DNA of 64,000 nucleotides from a virus. The notes under the pieces were generated by a model. The model was not told the origin of the DNA and made no database searches. It saw nothing but the letters and a program-made list of their open reading frames with translations. Both the position numbers and the translations under genes were made by a program. This document shows positions 54,254 to 64,000 of the stretch, in pieces (positions within the stretch are counted from its first letter, which is position 1; every line of letters starts with the position of its first letter). Location: IMG/VR virus record IMGVR_UViG_3300044638_007100; one strand, given 5' to 3'.

Positions 54254-56425
54254 TTAAAAGTTACCGATGACTTCTTGGAAATCAACACCAGTTTTGGTGG
54301 CAATAAAATTAAGTCCAATATAATTGATTGATCTTGATGGTTTGATGTAAATATCGGCAATAAATTCATTATTGTCGATCACTGCACTAGTGTTGTTTGT
54401 TTCATCACAAACAACGATATAATCAAAAATTCCTCTCTTTGATTGAACATCACGAAGGAATGGTTCAATAGTATTTACAAAGTTTGTTCTGGTAATCTCA
54501 TCATTAAATTCAAATAAAACATCCTTTGCTGCTCTTGAAATAGCATCCTCAAGATATACAAAAAGACGACGAACATTAATACGATCAAATGCTGATGCTT
54601 TTGCTAAACCAGTCTTATCTCCAAATAGAATAATTCCAGCTCCAGGTGAGAAGATTACTGGATTGATTCTATTGCTATAAAGAACATCTCTTTGAGATTT
54701 TGTTGGATTGTATGCAAGTTTAACTGCATTTAAAATCGCACCTCTTGTTGTTCCTGCTGGAGAATACCATGGGAAGTTATTAATATCATTACGAGCACAA
54801 AGTCCAGCCATATCACCATTTAATGGGACATATCTGAAAGTATTTGAGAATCTATCATACATGTACTTATATCCACTATCAAATACTCCATATGATGAAG
54901 ATGCTACTGGGGAATAGAATGAAATCAGTTTATCTGTAATATCCGCAGCAGATCTCACTGTCACACTGGTTTGAGAAGAAGTGTCAGTTAGTTGAGAACC
55001 TCTATATGGTGAAACAAATGCAATTGCATCCTTTCTCAATTCTGCAACAGAAATAATTTTATTTGCAAGTGCCTGTGCAGTTTCTTTCTCATATGCGGCA
55101 GAACCCATTAAGAGAAAATCTACTTTAAAGTTTTCAGTATTTTCAAATAAATCATATCCAGATGAAAGACCTGAAAGATCAACTTTAAGGGAATTAGTTT
55201 CTTCAATGTTAGCATTTCCACTATAATCTTTACCTTCAGTTAAAGTGTTTGTTGATGATCCAGAGGCTGCAAAGATTATTCCATCTGCTTCTTGATCCCA
55301 TGCAACATCATCTGCAAGATTAAAATCGGAAGAGTATCCTGTAGTTACAATTCCTGTAGGTGCTCCAAGTCCAAAGATATATGAAGAATTGCTTGAAAGA
55401 TAAGATCTCCAATATGAAGGATCTCCAACGGAGAATGTTGCATTAGATGCTTTAGAAAGACCTGTGTGCTTTTCTAAAATTGCTCCGGCATTACCTGTGA
55501 TTGTTCCAAGAGCATCAATTACAACTACATGAACTTCATCAAATCTTGAGTTTCTTGCTGCAGCATATGCAGAAGTTCCTGGTCTTGGTGCAATATTATT
55601 CCAATAAATTGATGAAGTACTTGTAAGACCTATAGTTTGTTGATCAAACCAATCAAGTGTAGATGTATAAGTAGTTGATCCGAATGAAGTTGTCTGTGAA
55701 GTTGAAGTAAATCCTACTGTCCCAGACGTTGAAAATGCATATACACCAGATGGTTGATAATCTACTACACTTTCATTTCCAACATTAGATACATGATTGA
55801 GAACTTTTACCGAAATGGATGAAGAACCAATTTCGGTAATGATTCCTTTGAGATATCCATCAAGAACAGAAGTAGATCCAACACCTGCAAGTTGTCTTCC
55901 ATCAACTGATTGAGTTACTCCCATTCCAATTGATAAACTAGAGGTAACAATTCCAGATAAAGTTTGATCTGCTTTACTGTCAATAATTGCTACTCTAATG
56001 CCATTAGACCAAGAACCTGGATTTCTTGATGCAACTACAACTCCATTGAGAGTGTTTTCATCATATCCCAGTTCTTTATAGTGCTCTAAACTTTTGATTT
56101 TTACACTAGAAGCAGCACCATCTGAAGTAGGAACAAATCCATTTCTTAAATCAACATCATCTGCTCTTACTACTCTTAAAGATCCACCATATGCTAGATA
56201 TGATGATGCACTTAACCAATGCTCATAATGTTTATCGGTAGCATATGGCTCTCCGAAATTTTTTAATAAATCGTTCTCATTTTCTACTAAAGTTGGTACT
56301 TCTACAGGTCCTTTAGCAAAGGGTGCAACAATTGCTCCAGTTTTATTGGACGATGGTTGTGTTCTTCCAGTGGTTAAATCAATTTCCCTTACTACAATTC
56401 CAGGAGATGCTAAATTTAGCGGCAT
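54254..56425 (-). CDS. gp18: Tail sheath protein
   Basis: SPGIVVREID, WYSPAG, FDRINVRRL; TATAAATA at 56461-56468. Confidence 0.96.
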   Translation of the reverse strand: MPLNLASPGIVVREIDLTTGRTQPSSNKTGAIVAPFAKGPVEVPTLVENENDLLKNFGEPYATDKHYEHWLSASSYLAYGGSLRVVRADDVDLRNGFVPTSDGAASSVKIKSLEHYKELGYDENTLNGVVVASRNPGSWSNGIRVAIIDSKADQTLSGIVTSSLSIGMGVTQSVDGRQLAGVGSTSVLDGYLKGIITEIGSSSISVKVLNHVSNVGNESVVDYQPSGVYAFSTSGTVGFTSTSQTTSFGSTTYTSTLDWFDQQTIGLTSTSSIYWNNIAPRPGTSAYAAARNSRFDEVHVVVIDALGTITGNAGAILEKHTGLSKASNATFSVGDPSYWRSYLSSNSSYIFGLGAPTGIVTTGYSSDFNLADDVAWDQEADGIIFAASGSSTNTLTEGKDYSGNANIEETNSLKVDLSGLSSGYDLFENTENFKVDFLLMGSAAYEKETAQALANKIISVAELRKDAIAFVSPYRGSQLTDTSSQTSVTVRSAADITDKLISFYSPVASSSYGVFDSGYKYMYDRFSNTFRYVPLNGDMAGLCARNDINNFPWYSPAGTTRGAILNAVKLAYNPTKSQRDVLYSNRINPVIFSPGAGIILFGDKTGLAKASAFDRINVRRLFVYLEDAISRAAKDVLFEFNDEITRTNFVNTIEPFLRDVQSKRGIFDYIVVCDETNNTSAVIDNNEFIADIYIKPSRSINYIGLNFIATKTGVDFQEVIGNF

Positions 56426-56484
56426 CTTTATTCTCCGTACTATCCAGAATTATCTAAAAGTATTTATAATTTCCTACCCTTTAA

Positions 56485-58185
56485 TTAATTATATTCCCAC
56501 ATATATGACCTATCACCATATTCATCTAAATTCCATGTCTCTAAAGGATTATTTTCATCACCATTTTTTGTTGCTACAATCCACCTATCTCCCGTTTCAA
56601 CATCAATTGTTACATTCATATCTTCCAACCCATCTGAAATAAATCCAAAAGGTGACATATCTTGTTCAATTTGATTTTTCTGCTCCTCATAAATTCTTTT
56701 ACGAACATCATTGTCCGTCATTTCTTTAAAGTAATCCTGAGCAACCAACCAAGAAAAAATTACAAGGCACATTGCTAAATCATCATTACAACCTTCTTCT
56801 GCCTCAAAAGAATTGTGTTTTTGTGCAAAAGTAGTCAGTTCTGAGATAATATCATAATCATTAGTTAATAATTTATCATCTTCCATCAAAGTTTTCAAGT
56901 TAGAACAACCTAACTTCTTAACTGCGGCAGTCATTCTGACACCTAGTTGAGATTTTTTACCACTAAAACCAGAACCAACAATTTGTCCTGCCCTACCTCT
57001 CATAGAGCACATTAAAACATTATCATACTCTAAATCAAAATGAAGAATATTTGCTACCTGATCTCCAATATCATTGACTTCAATTAATAACCAAGAATTA
57101 TTATATCCCTTTGCAACTTCATGAATAATACTTGGGAATAGCATTGGTTTAATTTCATTATTTCTATATTTTGCAACAGCTTTATATGGAAAATTTGTGA
57201 TATCAAACACAATAAAGGCAGAGTAATCATTACCAATACCGCGAGCAACATCAACCGTAATCAAATAATTATGGTCTTCTTTTGGATGTTCATAAACATC
57301 CAGTCCAGCATTTCTTTTTATTGGATCATCATAAACTAGGTTGCGAAGTTTTGCCGCATTAATTAATGTATTGACCGAACCTAAGAATTCACATTCAAAC
57401 TCAACCTTGAACTGCTGCTCACTAGTGTTTGCAATCGTCTGTGCCTTCCATGCTTCGTCTCTACCGGGCACTTCCGACCAATGGACATCTGTAGGAATAT
57501 ATTCATTCTTACCCCTCTCAGCGTCATGCCACATGCGGTAGAAGTGATTCATACCGCGAGGTGTGGAAACAATAATTACCTTCGTACTCTGTCCAGAAGA
57601 AATAGTAGGATAAACAGATGCAAAGAAGTCATCAGCAATGTGATTTGGAATGAAAGCAAATTCGTCCAAAAAGATGACATTATAAGATCCACCACGAACA
57701 GCAGATGATGAGGTTGAGTTGGATGAAATTTTAGATCCATTTTCTAATTCAAGTGATCCTTTATTCCATGATATAATACCCTGCTGCATCCACTTCGGTA
57801 GATTCTCATATGCAAGTTGCAATCTTCCCAAAAGATCCCTTGCAGTAGATGCTTTGTTTGCTAAGATAGCAATATTCACATTATCATTAAACACGGCATA
57901 GTGGAGCAGGTAGGATACGCAGGTGGTTGATTTACCAGTCTGCCGTGGCATCTTACAAATGTTAAATCTATTTTCGTGGAAGTTCTTTACAAGTTTCTCT
58001 TGAAATGGATACATTTCAAACGGAACAAGACCATGATCCAGAGAAACAATCTTGATATAATTCTTTGCAAAATAAACAGGATCTTCCTTACACTTTAAGA
58101 ATTCAATGATTTGTTCTTCAGTGAATTGTATTTGTGTATTTGCCCTTTTCAGGTTTGGATTTCCCAAATAGATATTATCAGACAT
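56485..58185 (-). CDS. gp17: Terminase large subunit
   Basis: PRQTGKS, LDEFAF, DVARG and DDLAM motifs. Confidence 0.97.
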   Translation of the reverse strand: MSDNIYLGNPNLKRANTQIQFTEEQIIEFLKCKEDPVYFAKNYIKIVSLDHGLVPFEMYPFQEKLVKNFHENRFNICKMPRQTGKSTTCVSYLLHYAVFNDNVNIAILANKASTARDLLGRLQLAYENLPKWMQQGIISWNKGSLELENGSKISSNSTSSSAVRGGSYNVIFLDEFAFIPNHIADDFFASVYPTISSGQSTKVIIVSTPRGMNHFYRMWHDAERGKNEYIPTDVHWSEVPGRDEAWKAQTIANTSEQQFKVEFECEFLGSVNTLINAAKLRNLVYDDPIKRNAGLDVYEHPKEDHNYLITVDVARGIGNDYSAFIVFDITNFPYKAVAKYRNNEIKPMLFPSIIHEVAKGYNNSWLLIEVNDIGDQVANILHFDLEYDNVLMCSMRGRAGQIVGSGFSGKKSQLGVRMTAAVKKLGCSNLKTLMEDDKLLTNDYDIISELTTFAQKHNSFEAEEGCNDDLAMCLVIFSWLVAQDYFKEMTDNDVRKRIYEEQKNQIEQDMSPFGFISDGLEDMNVTIDVETGDRWIVATKNGDENNPLETWNLDEYGDRSYMWEYN

Positions 58186-58190
58186 AGTTG

Positions 58191-59792
58191 TTACCTACTA
58201 ATTTCTTCCCAGTCCATAGAAGCGTGAATATCTGCACCATTAGCATTAGAAGCACATACAATAGAAAGTTCATAAGGTGTTCCTGTTAATGCATCCCTTT
58301 CCAACTGAAACTTAAATAATGCCTCTTTAAGAATATCTACTGATGATGAACCTTGATTGGAACCATACGTATATCCAGATGCTAGTATTCTTCCGCCAGT
58401 ATAAGTTCCTCCACCAATCTTATATTCAACAGCACTATCTAGACCAGCATCAGTCCAAGTTCCACCATTAGACGTTCCACTTGCTCTTACTTGCCAGTTA
58501 TAGGTTGCATTGTTTGTAATACCTAAAATAGAAAGTGCAGTTAGAATTACAATTGCATCTAATCTATTTGGCGTTGTTTTAAGACGAATTGATGAAACTG
58601 TATAATAAGTTCCTGCTGTTGTTAAATCAACTGGTGTTTGAACTGGTGTTCCTATTGCTTGCTGCAATCCACGAAGTTCATATCCACCTTCTGAAATTAC
58701 AGTAGAGCAAACTTGTTTGAGTGTGCTTGCACTGGTTGTAATTCCCGTATTAGCAATTTCATATCTTAAAGGTAGTGATGCTGTTGTGATGTAAGTTGTG
58801 TTAATTCTATTTGCGTGATGAAATGAATGACAATGAATAAACTTACCATCAACTACAAAACCCAATCTAACTGTTCCAAGTCCCAACCATTCAATATCCA
58901 TCCAAAGAATTTGTGCCTTACTAATATCTAATGTGACCTCTGATGGATTGCGGTGCCCTGCACCAAGCATCGTATCAATATTCCAATCTGCTTGTGCTAC
59001 TCTTGTTTCTGTTGTAATTCCCGGAACATAAGTTCTTTCTACAAAATATAAACTACTTCCATCAAGTTCCAGATACATTCCATTATCTGCACCAAAGTAT
59101 CCTACTCTTTGGCGAAGATTTGCTTTTGCTGGGTTCATTACAAAAGTAGTTAAAATTTCTAATGACTTTCCTGGTTGATATGAGAATACTTTTGTCGTTT
59201 CTCTGATGATTGATGCGGTGCTTCCAACACCAACAGTTAAATTTACTAAACCTTGTGCAGTTACAAATCCAACTGTTGAACCAGTACCAACAACTAGACT
59301 ACTCCAAAGATTATTGTCCCTGTATCTGTGGGAACTATCAAAAAGTGTAAGTGGTGTTGAAGTTCTTAAACGACCAAATGCATCAGTTGCTATTGGTGGT
59401 AATTCAATATCAATATTTCCAGTAACAGGAAATGGATTTGTGGTGCTGACTGGTGAATTGTTGAGGTTGATTGATACTTGCCCAGTGGTTCCAATACCTA
59501 CAGTATTCAGTAATGTAGAAATACCGACTGGAAGATATGGAGTTGTTAATGTTCCACCTGTCCCAACTTCAACTATGTGATTATGAACTGGATTATCTGG
59601 AGTGCTTGTAACTGTTACTATTCCTGGAATTGTAATATTACCATTAATAGTAATATTGGAACTTCCAAGAGATACTGGAAATGGATTATCAATTGTAACG
59701 ACTTCGCCATTCTTATTGGCGATCATATTCACTTCAAACAGTGTTCTTTCCTGATTCAGGAAATCTTGTTCATTCTTATTAAATTGTGCCAT
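58191..59792 (-). CDS. Hypothetical beta-rich virion-like protein inserted between gp16 and gp17
   Basis: 533 aa; DAFGRLR...YQPGKS...WLGLGTVRLGF. Confidence 0.75.
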   Translation of the reverse strand: MAQFNKNEQDFLNQERTLFEVNMIANKNGEVVTIDNPFPVSLGSSNITINGNITIPGIVTVTSTPDNPVHNHIVEVGTGGTLTTPYLPVGISTLLNTVGIGTTGQVSINLNNSPVSTTNPFPVTGNIDIELPPIATDAFGRLRTSTPLTLFDSSHRYRDNNLWSSLVVGTGSTVGFVTAQGLVNLTVGVGSTASIIRETTKVFSYQPGKSLEILTTFVMNPAKANLRQRVGYFGADNGMYLELDGSSLYFVERTYVPGITTETRVAQADWNIDTMLGAGHRNPSEVTLDISKAQILWMDIEWLGLGTVRLGFVVDGKFIHCHSFHHANRINTTYITTASLPLRYEIANTGITTSASTLKQVCSTVISEGGYELRGLQQAIGTPVQTPVDLTTAGTYYTVSSIRLKTTPNRLDAIVILTALSILGITNNATYNWQVRASGTSNGGTWTDAGLDSAVEYKIGGGTYTGGRILASGYTYGSNQGSSSVDILKEALFKFQLERDALTGTPYELSIVCASNANGADIHASMDWEEISR

Positions 59793-59795
59793 GAA

Positions 59796-60104
59796 TCAAT
59801 CACTCCATGATAATCTTTCTGGTCTGTATCTTTGTGCGTTTTTAACTGTTAATGAATTTTCTGTTACTGGGTAAATGTTATGAACAATTGCCCCAGGATA
59901 TTCTCTTTGAAGTTGTTCAGCAAGTTCATTCTTGTTCATCATTTTACCTTCAACTTCCATGCGATATAATCTTCCTTTCCAAACTACATCAGCAAGAAAA
60001 GATTCGTTTGCCGTTTCTGGTTCGGAAGAATTCATATAAAGATTGCCGTTAAAATCTCCGGCAATATTGATGCTTTCTGAAATAAACTGTTGAAATGATT
60101 TCAT
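59796..60104 (-). CDS. Conserved small protein with capsid-targeting-like N-terminus
   Basis: Starts MKSFQQFISES. Confidence 0.75.
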   Translation of the reverse strand: MKSFQQFISESINIAGDFNGNLYMNSSEPETANESFLADVVWKGRLYRMEVEGKMMNKNELAEQLQREYPGAIVHNIYPVTENSLTVKNAQRYRPERLSWSD

Positions 60105-60105
60105 T

Positions 60106-61395
60106 TTAGTTACAGTTCCAACGACGTAGTGTTTTATTGATATCTGAATCCGGATTTCTTGCAGTTTTTGCAGAAGTGAGTTTGTCCTTCATTCCAGACA
60201 TACGACTACAGAATCTTTTACGACGCCCTGCCCTTTTTCCTTTTGGATTCTTTTCAGTTACTGCAGTTTGAAGTTTTGAACCTGGATTTTCTTTACGATA
60301 AGCATTAACTGCTTTTTGACTTAATCCATCGGTCTTATCTTTACGATTTACTTTTTGCCAATCTTCAGATAATCCAAATTCTACTCTCCAATTTGAGTAT
60401 TCGTAAGAATCTGCAAGAGGTAATGAAGGTCCAGAAAGTTTTCTTTGTGCAGCAGATTTTTCATTTTGGTTAGTAGTTCTCTCTGCAAGATTTCTAATTT
60501 TTGCCTGTTTTTGTACCTGTTTATGACCAGAACCGATTTCAAAACTAATTTCTTCACGCATACCACGATATATTTGTGCAGCTTGTTTAAGAGCACCTAT
60601 TTTTTGAGAATCTGGTAGTTTTCTTTTTCCAATTGCTTTAATTGCTGTACTAAATCTTTCAATATTTGGGTTATCTGCTGGAGAATCAGTACCTGCAACC
60701 TGCTCTTTCATTTCACCACTATCAACATAATCCGCTGCAGTATCAAGATAATCTGCTGCTTTAGTAATCTTTGATTGAACCCATGCTTCTATATTTCCTT
60801 CACCTTTCATTTTTTTCTTAAGTCTTTTTACTGCAGATGCAATAGTTGAGAGTTCTGATCTTGCCATCGAATGCTCATGATCATAAGATTCTGGAAAGTT
60901 TCCTGGATGAGGCGAATTTGCATGATAATCTTTACCCAAAGTTTTTGGTAAAGAATACATATCCCAGAATTTTGGACCATACTTACACTCTGAACGAGTC
61001 TCATCTTTTTGACATTTGGGGCAATATCTCATCATTCCATTTTCTTCCTTCACTGGAACGCAATTTGGAACCTCTTTACCATTTTTTTTCTTTTTACCAA
61101 CCATCTGATATCCCTTCCAACAAGGATCTTCACCTTTCATTTTTTTTCCTTCAGTAACATCCTTATATTTTTTATGCGATTTCTTTGCTGAGGATTCCAT
61201 TTTTTTTAGTCGTGTATAGTAATCGGGAATTTCATCAAGATGTTGAAGAGCAATGTCAGTAGCAAGATCCTTATCTTTTGTGTGTTCATGCTCAATAGGA
61301 ATTCCCATTTTAAGTTGATTCTTCACAAAAGAAACTTCAAGGCGATGTTTCTTGGCAATTTGTTCAACTGTTTTATGGGACTTTAACTTATTCAC
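60106..61395 (-). CDS. Modular basic protein (putative processed head polyprotein)
   Basis: MGIPIEHEH...IALQHLDEIPDYY, PCWKGY and AWVQSKIT modules separated by xxE sites. Confidence 0.8.
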   Translation of the reverse strand: MNKLKSHKTVEQIAKKHRLEVSFVKNQLKMGIPIEHEHTKDKDLATDIALQHLDEIPDYYTRLKKMESSAKKSHKKYKDVTEGKKMKGEDPCWKGYQMVGKKKKNGKEVPNCVPVKEENGMMRYCPKCQKDETRSECKYGPKFWDMYSLPKTLGKDYHANSPHPGNFPESYDHEHSMARSELSTIASAVKRLKKKMKGEGNIEAWVQSKITKAADYLDTAADYVDSGEMKEQVAGTDSPADNPNIERFSTAIKAIGKRKLPDSQKIGALKQAAQIYRGMREEISFEIGSGHKQVQKQAKIRNLAERTTNQNEKSAAQRKLSGPSLPLADSYEYSNWRVEFGLSEDWQKVNRKDKTDGLSQKAVNAYRKENPGSKLQTAVTEKNPKGKRAGRRKRFCSRMSGMKDKLTSAKTARNPDSDINKTLRRWNCN

Positions 61396-61407
61396 AGAAT
61401 TAAAAAG

Positions 61408-61830
61408 TTACTCTTTATTATTTAGAAAACCTTGCTTGAGTAATTTTGATAATTCTGAAGTTGAACCAACAAAAATAGCATTATTCGTAGTATTAGTTGT
61501 CGTTTTGATGGTATCTTCTTCGACTTCTTTAAGTTTTTTCTGTAAATCTATTAATTTATCTGTTACATCTCCAACACTTTTTATGAGTTGTCCAGCAACT
61601 TCATATGCTCTTGAACTTCCACCTTCTCCAGCAAGTTCCATGATTCCATTAATTGCCTCTTGCCCCTTTTCAATTAAAGAGTATAAATTAGCACGAGTGT
61701 ACTCATAATCTTTTTGAATGTCATCTGGTTTTAATGGAGAAATATTGAGTTGATCATTTACATTCTCTACCTCAACAATTTTACTTTCAATGTTAAAAGT
61801 AGAATCCAAATTTTCATAGTTATTTTTCAT
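61408..61830 (-). CDS. gp16: Terminase small subunit
   Basis: DYEYTRANL...RAYEVAGQL...FVGSTSEL. Confidence 0.88.
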   Translation of the reverse strand: MKNNYENLDSTFNIESKIVEVENVNDQLNISPLKPDDIQKDYEYTRANLYSLIEKGQEAINGIMELAGEGGSSRAYEVAGQLIKSVGDVTDKLIDLQKKLKEVEEDTIKTTTNTTNNAIFVGSTSELSKLLKQGFLNNKE

Positions 61831-61832
61831 AA

Positions 61833-62681
61833 TTAAAAGGGCATAGGACCTTCATTAGCAGTTCCACTACCACTTTGTATATAGTCTATGTCTTGTTGTT
61901 GTGTTGGACTATATTCTTTACCATCAAAGAACATCTCTATTGATTCATTAAATCCAAAGTCTTCATATGGTTCAGCATCTATTGGATCGGGAGTAACAGT
62001 ATATCTCATCTCTCTCTTAGCAGTTTGAGTATCTGTTCCAGTATAATAATCAACTTGAACCTTACGAATAAGTCCATCAGTACTATCAGCAATTGGACCA
62101 AAGAGATAAGTTTTTGCTGTAAAGTTAAAGGTATAAATTAATATTCTTCTTGTAGAAAAATCACCCTCATAATCATCAGTAAAAGATACACTATCCAAAA
62201 CAACTGGTATGTCTCTTTTTTCTCCAATTGAATCTATTAAATTTACAGTTAAGTTGAATGCTGGTTGAAAATATGGTAATATTTGTTCTATAACCTGTAA
62301 AGCATCATCTTGCAATTTACTGATCAAATTAAGTTGAAATCCAATATTATATGGAACTGGTAAAAATACTTTTTTAAAATTATTTCCATCTGAAGCTTTA
62401 AATGTTTGAGTAATATTTGCTTTTCTTGATGGATCATACTGAATTGAGGTCATTTCGAATGCCATTCTTGGCAAAGTCATTGCAATAGGTTTATTTAATT
62501 CTGGTTGTTGTTCAATTCTAGCTAAGAACTTTTGAATTGGTCCGTAGGCAAGAGGAACTTTTATTTCACTTATATTTTCATCTGATGAATTTTTATGCCT
62601 TATATTAATATTATTAAATAAAGTACCAAAAGATATAACAGTTCTTCGTATAATTTCGTGATAAAAATAAGTTCCTAGCAT
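61833..62681 (-). CDS. gp15: Tail sheath stabiliser / completion protein
   Basis: KVPLAYGPIQKFLAR...LPRMAFE...QILPYFQP. Confidence 0.93.
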   Translation of the reverse strand: MLGTYFYHEIIRRTVISFGTLFNNINIRHKNSSDENISEIKVPLAYGPIQKFLARIEQQPELNKPIAMTLPRMAFEMTSIQYDPSRKANITQTFKASDGNNFKKVFLPVPYNIGFQLNLISKLQDDALQVIEQILPYFQPAFNLTVNLIDSIGEKRDIPVVLDSVSFTDDYEGDFSTRRILIYTFNFTAKTYLFGPIADSTDGLIRKVQVDYYTGTDTQTAKREMRYTVTPDPIDAEPYEDFGFNESIEMFFDGKEYSPTQQQDIDYIQSGSGTANEGPMPF

Positions 62682-64000
62682 CAGTAAGTACCAAATGGAT
62701 TTTTTTCTGAGAAGTCTATTATTTGTTCAGCTTCTGTTTCAATTGTTTTATTCTCACTATATTTATCATTATTATCAAAAGAATCAAATGATACCGTAGC
62801 ATAAGACGTATTGGAATCAGATCCAGTAATAATTTCTCCAGGATAAAATCCCTTTGCACTAACATCATCTATAAATGAAACTTTTAAAACTTTAGTATCT
62901 AAATCCCAAGATTTTACTCTTGCAGTTGTTCCTGATATAGATCCAGTTACAATTTCATTAAATTTATAATTGATAATAGAAGTGTCTATACCTGAAGTTG
63001 GTGGTGGAGAAATGGTTATAATCGGAGCAGAACTATAACCTATTCCAGAATTTGATAACAATATTGCCTCAATCTGTCCCATATTTGATAGTGAAGATAT
63101 TCCTATAGGTGTTACTCCAATACCTGGAATTGGGGAAGAAAAGGATATTGAAGGTTTAGACATATATCCAGAACCTTTGTTAATCATAGATATGCTTGTT
63201 ATTCCTGTATTAACAGTTTCTATAGCACATGTTGCCGAAGCACCTACACCACCACCACCAGTTATTGTAATTTTTGGTGGGATAGTATATCCAAAACCTG
63301 GATTAGATAGTATTATTTCCTTAATTGATCTGAAAGAACCATATGATGAAGTAATGGCAACCGCAGATGCATTAGATCCACCAAAAGGTGCTGGAGATAT
63401 TTCTATAGATGGAGTGGAAGTATATCCATAACCATCATTAGTTAAATAAATCTTATTTACATATCCAGTTCCAATAGAAGCAATCGCAGTTGCTGTCTCA
63501 CCACTTCTAGTTAATTGAATTTCAGTAATATATCCTTCATTCTTAATACTGGTATCAATTTCATCAACTGTAGTATCTATTATCTCATCTTCATATTCAA
63601 ATAGTTCACACTTCAATTCATAAACATAAAGTTTTCCAAGTTGATAGAATGAACTTTCATGTTCAACAAATTTAACCTCAAATAATCTTTTTCCTAAAGG
63701 AAAATATACCAAATCACCTTCTCTTGGTCGAGAATTTAACTCTATTTCTGGATCATCTTCGTCTAAGAAATATGAAATAAAATCTTCATATCTTTCTTTG
63801 GAAATTAATAAACTAACTTCATCTTTCAAACTAACTCCAAACTTAGTTAATAAATCACCTTGTCCAGTATATCCATCATAATTAACTAAGTAAGCTTCTA
63901 TTGCAAAATTATCATTGAATTTTGAGGATGAAATTTCTTTAAGTACTGTTTCTTTTCTTACTATTTTTCTTGGAATATAGTATATTTCAATTCCAGCTAA
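62681..64000 (-). CDS. gp14: Neck protein (5'-truncated by the window end)
   Basis: Frame stays open to 64000 (GIEIYYIPRK...DGYTGQGDLLTKFG); RPREGDLVYFP; the ORF-track start at 63829 is internal. Confidence 0.92.
   Translation of the reverse strand, partial: LAGIEIYYIPRKIVRKETVLKEISSSKFNDNFAIEAYLVNYDGYTGQGDLLTKFGVSLKDEVSLLISKERYEDFISYFLDEDDPEIELNSRPREGDLVYFPLGKRLFEVKFVEHESSFYQLGKLYVYELKCELFEYEDEIIDTTVDEIDTSIKNEGYITEIQLTRSGETATAIASIGTGYVNKIYLTNDGYGYTSTPSIEISPAPFGGSNASAVAITSSYGSFRSIKEIILSNPGFGYTIPPKITITGGGGVGASATCAIETVNTGITSISMINKGSGYMSKPSISFSSPIPGIGVTPIGISSLSNMGQIEAILLSNSGIGYSSAPIITISPPPTSGIDTSIINYKFNEIVTGSISGTTARVKSWDLDTKVLKVSFIDDVSAKGFYPGEIITGSDSNTSYATVSFDSFDNNDKYSENKTIETEAEQIIDFSEKNPFGTY

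Noticed and set aside
12196-58185. Introns or inteins in nrdA, nrdB, gp43, uvsX, gp41 and gp17
   Set aside because: All read as uninterrupted ORFs of normal length, with no splicing motifs

Overview
This window is 64 kb of a T4-like myovirus genome, most likely a freshwater cyanophage of the S-CRM01 type. That assignment is inferred from gene content and order, with no database search run. Nearly everything is on the minus strand. From right to left it holds: the neck, tail and head module (gp14 partial, gp15, gp16, gp17, gp18, gp19, gp20, gp21, gp22, gp23, gp3); recombination and transcription genes (uvsY, uvsW, gp55, gp47, gp46); a vWA/peptidase plus CobS-like AAA pair; replication genes (gp45, gp44, gp62, regA, hsp20, gp43, uvsX, gp41, mazG, primase, nrdA, nrdB); a set of low-complexity probable head-packaged proteins; a lysis region; and a cluster of 26 tRNA genes with interspersed structured RNAs. 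The strongest novel signal is a textbook -1 programmed ribosomal frameshift cassette: A-AAA-AAG, a 5-nt spacer and a 10-bp hairpin. It would fuse a C39-like peptidase to a start-codon-less GH24 lysozyme, giving two lysins from one locus. Other highlights are three Leu-anticodon tRNAs with no long variable arm, a tRNA-like RNA with two TpsiC arms and no anticodon arm, and a ~185-nt late non-coding transcript candidate. There is also a five-copy palindrome/-10 early promoter and a paralog family with T4 capsid-targeting-like N-termini. All product calls come from motif recognition by eye.
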